46,920 nucleotides of DNA from an uncultured Bacteroidales bacterium (GTDB lineage Bacteria > Bacteroidota > Bacteroidia > Bacteroidales > UBA3824): the NCBI GenBank assembly GCA_905233995.1, contig CAJOGF010000002.1, forward strand, positions 23,661 to 70,580, written 5' to 3'. Position numbers and translations under genes: made by a program. The notes under the pieces are model-generated. The model saw only the letters and a program-made list of their open reading frames with translations, ran no database searches and was not told where the DNA came from. Of this stretch, positions 31,201 to 40,200 are shown one piece after another; the first letter of the stretch is position 1; each line of letters starts with the position of its first letter.

Positions 31201-34200
31201 GAGAGCGTTGTTAGAAGCGATAAGTTCTACTGAACCATCGCAAGTATAGTTAAGACTTGAAATTCCTGTGCCCATATCAACAGTGTTGTTAACAACAGTT
31301 GTTGTAGCAGAAGAAGTACATTCTTCATGACCATCACGGTAAATTGTCCAAACAAACTTGGTTTCGTCGTTTTCAAGTTTTGTCAAAACGATGTTAGAAG
31401 CATCAATTACGTTATTTTCAGCGGTGAACGCTTTGTTAGCCGTCCACTTACCTTTTTCATCGCCTTTCAACGGAGTTGCTTTGAGTTCGAGTTTCTCGCC
31501 GCAAGTCTCACGTTTGCCGTCAATAATTGTAGCAACCGAAGGCTGGAGATTAGTAATTGTGTAGTCAACATAATTTTCATTACATTTAACAACACCGTTT
31601 TTGTTGATAACCGTCCATCTAACGATATTTTCGCCGGGTTGGAGGTTCAAAACTTTAGTATTAGCATTTGTGCCGTCATCTTCAAATGATACATTGTTTG
31701 AAGTTAGACAAGACCACTTGCCGTTATATTCAAATTGAGGTGTAGTTCCGATAACTTGAAGTTCTGTACCACAAACAGTGTTATCAGCAATAACTTCAGG
31801 ACGGAATCTCTGATTAACGATAGTTCTTTCAACAGAATTGCTACAAGATTCATCGTCTTTTGCAGTTACAGTCCATTTAAGTCTTACTGACGAATCGTCA
31901 GCGATTCCAGTGTAAACAGCATTGTTAATATTTGCTGAACCGTCAAAATCACCAGAATCAGTTGTAACAACCTTAGACCAAACACCATTATTCTCACCCG
32001 GATCCTCGGCTTCAAGAGTTCTTGAACCATCGCAAGTGTAGTATACTTCAGGACCTGCGTTAACCTTAGGAGCAATGTTGTTAACCGTTACTTGGTCTTC
32101 AGCCTCACAGTCTTCATATTTCTCGTGCCATACGAATACCATAGACATCTTGTCGCCAAGGTTGAAGGTCATCTGATTATTTTTGGTATCAGAGGTTATC
32201 ATACCCTCGTTTCCAGTTGGTAATGTTGTCCACCAACCTTCTAAAATAGGAGTATGAGCAGTGATTACGCCTTCAGGTCCGCAAACATTTTCTGTAGCAT
32301 TCTTAACGCCTTTTGCCATATCAGCGATAACTCCGTTGAGAGAGTTCATCGTGATAAGTTGGTCTGCATAATCCTCACAACCTGGAACTTTTGTATTGTC
32401 AGCGGTGGTGTAACCGTCAGAATAAATGTGCCAACGGAAACGATATTCACTCTTCTGAGGATTAAGGTTATTAACTTTGGTTTCAAAGTTAGACCTTTCA
32501 ACATAATTTGCATCAGCATTATTATCAAAGTCAGCATCGCTTTCGCATGTCCAGTAACCTTTGAGTTCAGGATTAGAGTAAACCGCTTTCAATGTAGCCG
32601 AAGTACCACAAGTATTTTTCTGTGCACTTTCGCTAATTGCAGCCTTAACAGGTTGATTTACAATCACAACCTTATCTGTAACCTCGTTAGGACATTGAGT
32701 TCCTTTAACATGCCATACAAATTCGGTTTCGCCGAAAGGCAATTTCTTAACCGTTACATTGTATGAAGAATTGCTGTTTTCACCATTCCATTCTACGTCA
32801 TTAGAAGATGTCCACCAACCTTCGATAGCATCACCATAAAGCGACTTAACATCGTTAGCATTGAGTTCAACTTCAGAATTACATACAAGTTGTTTCTTGG
32901 TGCTAATCTTAGCAGTATAGTTGAGATTCTTAACAACAACACTCTCTGATTGTGTACGACAAAGAAGTTCGTCGTCTTTAGGATTGTTGTTATCTTTGAA
33001 TCTTTCGATATACCATCTGAATGTTACATTAGAGTTAGCAGGCATATTTGTAACAGTAATGTTAGGTTCGTTAATATCACCAGTCTTAATTGTAACTGAC
33101 GGTGAAATTTCCCAACGACCAACACCTACTGTTGTAGAGTTTGCAGAGATTGAGAAATCTTGATCGCAAACCTCAACTGAACCTTGATGCGAAGTTATCT
33201 TAGCCTCTTCAACGCTGTAATTATGAATAGTTACTTCCCATTCTTTTGTACAGCCTTTGTATGTAACGTGCCAATTAAGGATATTGTCATCAGAGTTGCT
33301 CAAACCGTAAACTGTTGCAGTCTGATTGGTACTTTCTGAACCGTTGAAATAAATACTGCTCTGATTCCATCTCCAATAATGTTCTGTAAGTTCAGGATCG
33401 TTGATGTTTTCACAAGGAATGGTTGCTGAAAGTGCTAAAGAGTTTTCACAAGCAGTTGGTCTTTCTGCGGCTGCTGGAACAACAAAGTCGTTGTTGTTGA
33501 CAGTGATTGCAAAAGGCTCTTTTGCCATACAACCGTTAGCCTCGTTGATAACATTCCAGTAGAATGTAGCAGTTGCACCCGGAGTCATACCTTCAAACTT
33601 AACAGTTTGGAAGGTTTCTGGAGTTGCAGTACATTCTTGTTCACCGTTTTCAAAATGACCCGTTGCAGTTGTTGACCAAACGCCTTTCATGTTACCGTTC
33701 AAGGTATTGGTTGTTGTAAGGGTTACTTTGCCGTCGCAAACATTAGTTGCATTAGCGGTTGCGTGCGGAACGGTAAGGTCGTTGTAAATTGTTATATTAT
33801 CGGAGTCTTCACATCTCTTCAATGAGATTTCGCCATTTTCGTTTCTTACATGATTATCAAGTGTCCAACGCAAGGTAACACCCTCGTTAGGAATACCAGT
33901 AATTGTTGCTGTCGGATTGTGAATATCATCCTCAGGAGAGAATTTAACAGGAGAATTTTCTGTTAAAATTTTCCAAGTACCAGTTGCACCTTGATAAGAG
34001 TTACCACGGAGTTGAACTTGATCGCCACATTCGCTACGAGCAGTATTAGAAGGCAATTCTACGTCAGCGTCAGCAACAAGCATAGCGTTGGTAATTGTGA
34101 TTTCGTCGCTATTATGACAAATACCTTTGTCGTAACCCTTTTCAGGATCAAAGCCGTCAACCTCACGCCATACATTCCATACAAATGTGTAGTCGCCTGG

Positions 34201-37200
34201 CTCAACAAGACCCGATACAGTGGTATTGTTTTGAGTACCGTCATTAGCAATTACGATAGTAGCAGGATCGGAAATTCTGGTGCTTGGATAACCACCTTCT
34301 TTCAAAGTCCATTCTCCGAAAGTATTTGGTCCAAAAGCAGAAACTTCTTTTGCAAACAATTCAATATCATCGGCACTGCAAGCAAACTGACTTGTTTTTT
34401 CACGATTGATTTCGGGTTTAACTTCGTAGTTTGTAACAGTCATCGATACAGGGTCAGAAGTACACTGACCTTTCTTAACTCTCCAAGTAAAGATTACTGG
34501 AGCAGTTGTCTTGATACCTGATACTCTAACCTCATTTTGATTGGTTGCATCGTTAGCAAATACGATGTCGGTATTAGGAAGTGCTGTCCATTCGCCGGTT
34601 GTTGTGCCGGTGTTAACATCGTTGTTGTAGTCAGCATGCAAGAGGTAAGAACCATCGCAAGTATAAGCATCTTGAAGGTCTGCACCCGCTGTAACCTCAT
34701 TATTAATGATTACAACTTGAGTTTGTTCAGAACAACTTTCTTTGTAACCTTCACGATAAATTGTCCAAATAAATGTATTATCGTCTTTGTCAAGATTTTC
34801 AACAGAAGTTCTAAGTTCGTTCTTGTCAGAGATTATAGCATGACCTGTTGTAGACCATTCGCCCTTAACACCTTCTGCATTTTCACCAGCAACAAGTTTA
34901 TTGATGCCATTGTTGAAATCATCTTTCGAGCAAACCTGTGTATTATTTTCGGTTACGATAACAGGAACACCGGGCTTGAGGTTAGTGATTGTGAGTTCAA
35001 CATAGTTGTCGGCACAAAGTGCGCTTGAAGCACCGTTTTCGTCTGTGTTAAGAACTGTCCAACGGATAATATTTTCTCCGATAGTCATACCTTCAACGGT
35101 TGTTGTTGAAGCAGTCTCGTCGTCAAAAGTAGCAGAGAAAGATGACCACTTACCTTCAAAACCTTTAGCAGGAATTGAACCCGAAACAGTAGCGTTGTCA
35201 GCACAAACATTAGTATTTTGAGTGTTGATAACAGGTTCAAATCTGTTGTTAGTAACGGTGAATGTTTGTTCAGCGTTACATGTTGTGAGGTTCTTATCTG
35301 AAACTACCCATTTAAGAACTGCTGAAGAAGTAGCAGGAACATTGTAAACAATAGGATTGTAAACTTCGCTGTTATCATCTTTGAACTCAACTGAACCGCT
35401 TACAATTTCCCACTTAGTATTATAACCGTCAGCCTTTGTTGCATTAAGACGGATACCGTCTTCAACATCGCCGTTTTCTTTCTGAGTCTTTGACAAACCA
35501 CAGTAGAAGTGTTCAGCGTCAGAGCCAACAATCGGTTTACGGTTATAAAGAGTTACGCTGTTAGTAACATCGTTACAGCCGTTGTAGTTAACACTCCAAG
35601 TAAGAGTTGCAGGAGTTGCAGGTTCAATACCCGAAAGTTCTACAAGATTACCTGTTGAACCAACCATAGAAACAGTGTTAGGAGTAACAGTCCAGAAACC
35701 TTCAGCCCCCGGTTGCAACGGAGTAGCCTCTATCTTAGCAGTGTTTCCGCAAATATTATGTTTGTAACCAACAATTTCGTTTTCATCGTTCATAACAGGC
35801 TCTGCATTGATGTCTGCTTGAACTTCAAAACCGTTAGAAGAAATTGTTACTTCATCATGAGAAGGACATTTGCCGCCTTCGTTTTCAACAACCCAACTAA
35901 ATGTATACAAACCGTTGTTAGAAAGGCCGGTTATAACTGCGTTAGGATTGTCTTTCTGGTCGTCAGCAATTACAGCACCCGGAGCGTCAACAATTTCCCA
36001 ATGACCCTTGCCACTCTGAGGATTAACCGCTTGCATTTGATAAGAATCACCACAAGTAATACCATCTTTACCAGCATTAGCAGCAACCTGATTGTTAGTT
36101 ATTGTAACAGTAGCCGATTTGGTCTTGTAAGGCTCAGGACAAGCATCATTAGATACAACCCATCTGAAAATAGCCGTTGCCTTAATATCTGTTACAGTCA
36201 TTGTGTAAGAAGTATTGTCAATTTCGGTTGAAAGTTTTCCATTAACAGGAGTTACAGCCTCCCAATGACCTTCAACGCCGTAATCGGTGAACGCATCGTT
36301 AGCAGCAATATTGTAAACAGTCTCACAACCTTCTATCATAGCATCTTTTTCGTTCTCCTTAGGAACAGGAGTAACGATATACGCATCGTAGTATTTGTTG
36401 TTGACAGTAATAGTTTTAGAGTCTGTACAAGCAGGTTTGCCGCCGTTAGGATTAGTAATTGTCCATGTGAAAGAAGTTGTCTGATTCTTAGGCAAGTTGC
36501 TTACACGTACAGTTGCAACGGTGGAACAAACATCGTAACCGTTACCTTCATTTGAAGACCATTCTACACCGTAACCTGTCCAATAACCAGTACCGTTAGT
36601 AACTTCTTTTGCTTTGAGTTGGAAGTTATCCTCACAAACAACCTGATTATCTTCTGTAAGAATAATAGCCTCGTCGATAGAGTTGTTGGTAATAGTTACA
36701 GAGCGTTGATATGAACAATCACCTTTCACAACTGTCCAAGTAAGTTCGTTTTCACCATTCTTCAAACCACTTACAGTTGCTTTAGGATCGTGAATGTCAG
36801 AATAAGTGAATGAAGACGGACTCCAAGTACCTTGACAGCCTTGAGGAGCAGCGTCAGCACCTAATGTATAAGTATCTGAACAGTTGGTCTCGTCGTCAGC
36901 ACCAGCAGAGAATGTGAAGGCTTCGTTATGAACTTCAACGTCGATATAGTCATCGCAGTTATCAACAGTGCTGTTTTTCAAAGTCCAACGCAAGGTTGCT
37001 GTTTTGCCAGCAGGAATACCTTCAAACTTAACTGAAGTATTGCCATTCATATCAGCAACTTCAACAACATTTGCTAATTCGTTGCCATTGATGTCATAGA
37101 ATTTGCCAGTTCCATTAACAATAGACCACTGACCAGTTAAATTATCTTTTGTTAAATCGTTGTTTTGAGTAAGAGTTACTTTTCCATCGCAAACAGGTGA

Positions 37201-40200
37201 AGAAGCAACTGCTTGAGCATATTCTTTTGTATCGAAAATTTCAAAATAACTTGAAGCCGAACAATCATCTTTTGTGATAGTCCAAGTAAGTGTTACGCCT
37301 TCAGCAGGAATACCTGAAACTTTTGCATTGTACAATGTAGAATTAGAGAAAATATCTTTGCCGTTAGAAGCAGTCCATTTTCCAGTCTCGTCTGTACCGG
37401 GTTTTGTTGCATTGAGTGTATATTCAGCACCGCAATTTGCAACCTTGCCCTTATCATTAACATTATCAGCCTTAACCATAAGATTGATATTATTAACGAT
37501 AACGTTTTCAACATTGTTTTCGCAATGTTTAACACGATTATTATCTTCTCTCCATGCTGTCCATGTGAAATAGTATGCTCCGATAGCATTGAGGTTAGAA
37601 ACTTCAGTTACGGCAGTTGTACCATCGTTAGCAAAAACAACTTCGCCTGAATGTGCTTGAGGTGTTTTTGAAACTGTCCACTGACCTTTTGCTCCGCTGT
37701 ACGAAGAAATGTCAGCAGCACGCAAGGTCTTTGTACCATCGCAAGCAGTCTGATTTATATACTTTTCGTCAACAGAAACAGGCAAATAGTAGTTCAAAAT
37801 GGTAACTTCTTTTGTATCAGAACATTTATTACCTTTGGTAACATTCCAAACGAGTTTTGCACCCGAAGCAGGAATATTGTAAACATTTACTTGATTTTCG
37901 TTGTCAGAACCCTTAGTATCGCCAGTCTCGCTGCCGAGAGTTGCAACGCCGTCGGTTGTCCACCAACCTTTTGAAGTACCGCCGTAAGTTGCAGTTACAT
38001 CTTTTGCAACAAGACCTTCAAGTGTGCCGTCGCAAGATTCTAATTTAGCATTTTCGCCAAGTTCTGCCTTAACATAATTATTAACAATTGTTACAGGAAC
38101 ATCTGTATAACAACTACCGGCTTGAATGCGCCACGTAAGTTTGTTTTCGTCAAGAGAGAATCCCTTGAATGTTGTATATGAATCTTGTTTCTCAACAACT
38201 GTCAAGCCGTTTGGACGCCATTCAGCAGTCTCGTTGTTGCCTTTGTCTGCAGCAGGAACGTCTACTCTCAACTCATCTTCAGGAGAAAGACATTCTTCAA
38301 GATTAACAGCCAAACGCTCTTCAACAGCATTGTTATAAATTGTAGCACGAACAACATTTTCGTCGCAATCTTTACCGTCATTGCTTCTTAAAGTCCAAAC
38401 AATTTCGTTTGCACCTTTGTGAAGGTTGCTTACAACAGTTTGATTTGCATTTGCTTCAGTTGAAAATACAACATCGTCAAATACACAACTCCATGAACCT
38501 GTAAAGCCACTCGGAATAGTAGGAGCACTTAATGTACGAGTATTAGAACATTCTTCTTGAGCCTTGTTTGTTTCAGTAATTGTTAAGCCTTCAACTTTAT
38601 TGTTCTTAACAGTTACCACTTGCTCGTCCTTACAATTGTTATCGTTTTCAAGAGCGAGAACCCATTTGAAAGTAGCCGTTGAATTAGAAGGCAAAGTAAC
38701 TTTTGCTGCAATAGCCCTCAAAGTAGTTTCGTCGGTGTCAGCAAACTCACCGTTAGAAGAGGTCTTTACCCAATAGCCTTTCTGACCCGATTCTTCTTTC
38801 TGACCAGAAAGTGTTGCTGAACCGTCGCATGTCCAATATTCGGTTGTACCGATTGTAGCAGAAGGCTGACGGTTTGTCAAAACAACCTTTGAAGTTGCAG
38901 GACATTTACCGCGAGTTTCAGTGAAAGTAATTTCAGCAGTTGAAACTATACCTTTGAGCGAAAGATTAAGACCTTCAGCAGTATATGTTACGTAATCAGG
39001 TGAAACGCTCCACTCAAAATTATCTGAGTTTTGAGCATTGCCTGAAGCAGTAATTGTAATGTCAGAACCACAAATATCACGTTTGCCAGTATATTCGCCG
39101 TTTTCGTCAACAGCCAAAACGTCTGCCAAAACTTCAAATCTTTCTGAAGTAATTGTAACAGGATTTGTTGACTCACATTTGTCGTTTTCACCGTCGCCAT
39201 ATTTGTTAATAACAGTCCAATTGAAAATGTACTGACCGCTCGTTAAACCACTTACTAATGTGTGATTATTCTTATCGTTTTTAATTGTAACATCATTTAA
39301 GTTAAGACCAGCACTTGTCATATCAAGAGACCACTTACCCGAAATGCCTTCTTCTTGAGGAAGAGTGTTAGCATCAAGAGTGTATTCTTTTGTACAAGTG
39401 TAATCATTATCGCCCGGTTTTGATGTAACCATCTTATTAGTTACATTGATACTTGTTGTCTTAACGCCGCAAGAGTTAGTTTCTTTGCCATCAGTAAGAT
39501 TCCAATTGAATGTTGTAGTACCGTATGGCAATTCTACTATCATAACCGCATTTGTAGAAGTTGCTGGCAATGTAATATTATTGTCGTTAACTGACCAATA
39601 ACCAGTTACTTTGTCGCCGTAAACGTTAGCAGGATCTTCGGCTTCGAGTTTAAATGTTGAAGTACAAACAGTCTGATTGTTATCAGTTAAGATTTTTGGA
39701 TCGTATGCACTGTTCATAATCTCAACAAAATCCTGACGTTGACAAGAGCCTTTAGAAACTACCCATGTGAATTTGGTTTTTGTATTAGGAGTTAAGTTTC
39801 TTGCTTCTACTGAAGTTGCAGTGCTAATTTCTTCGTATGTTTTTTCTTCGTTGTTTACATACCATTTAACACCACTTACATTCTCCCAATGAGCATTGTT
39901 GTCGTTAGCAACAGCCTGAGCAGAAAGGCTATATTTGTTTTCACAAAGTGAATAACCTTCAGCAGGTTTGTTGTTGATAACAGCATCGTCAGGAGTATTG
40001 TTAATAATAGTAACATCGTCTGTTGCGGTGCAACCATATTCGTTAGTTACTGTCCAAATAAACTTGTTAGGTTCTTTGTTAGAAAGACCTTTTACCAAAA
40101 CAGTAGCAGCAGAGTTGGATTTTTCACCCTGATAAACTACTGTAGTTGTTGAAGTCCAATAACCAGTTTGGTTATCTTTCAACTCACCGGCTTTCAAAGT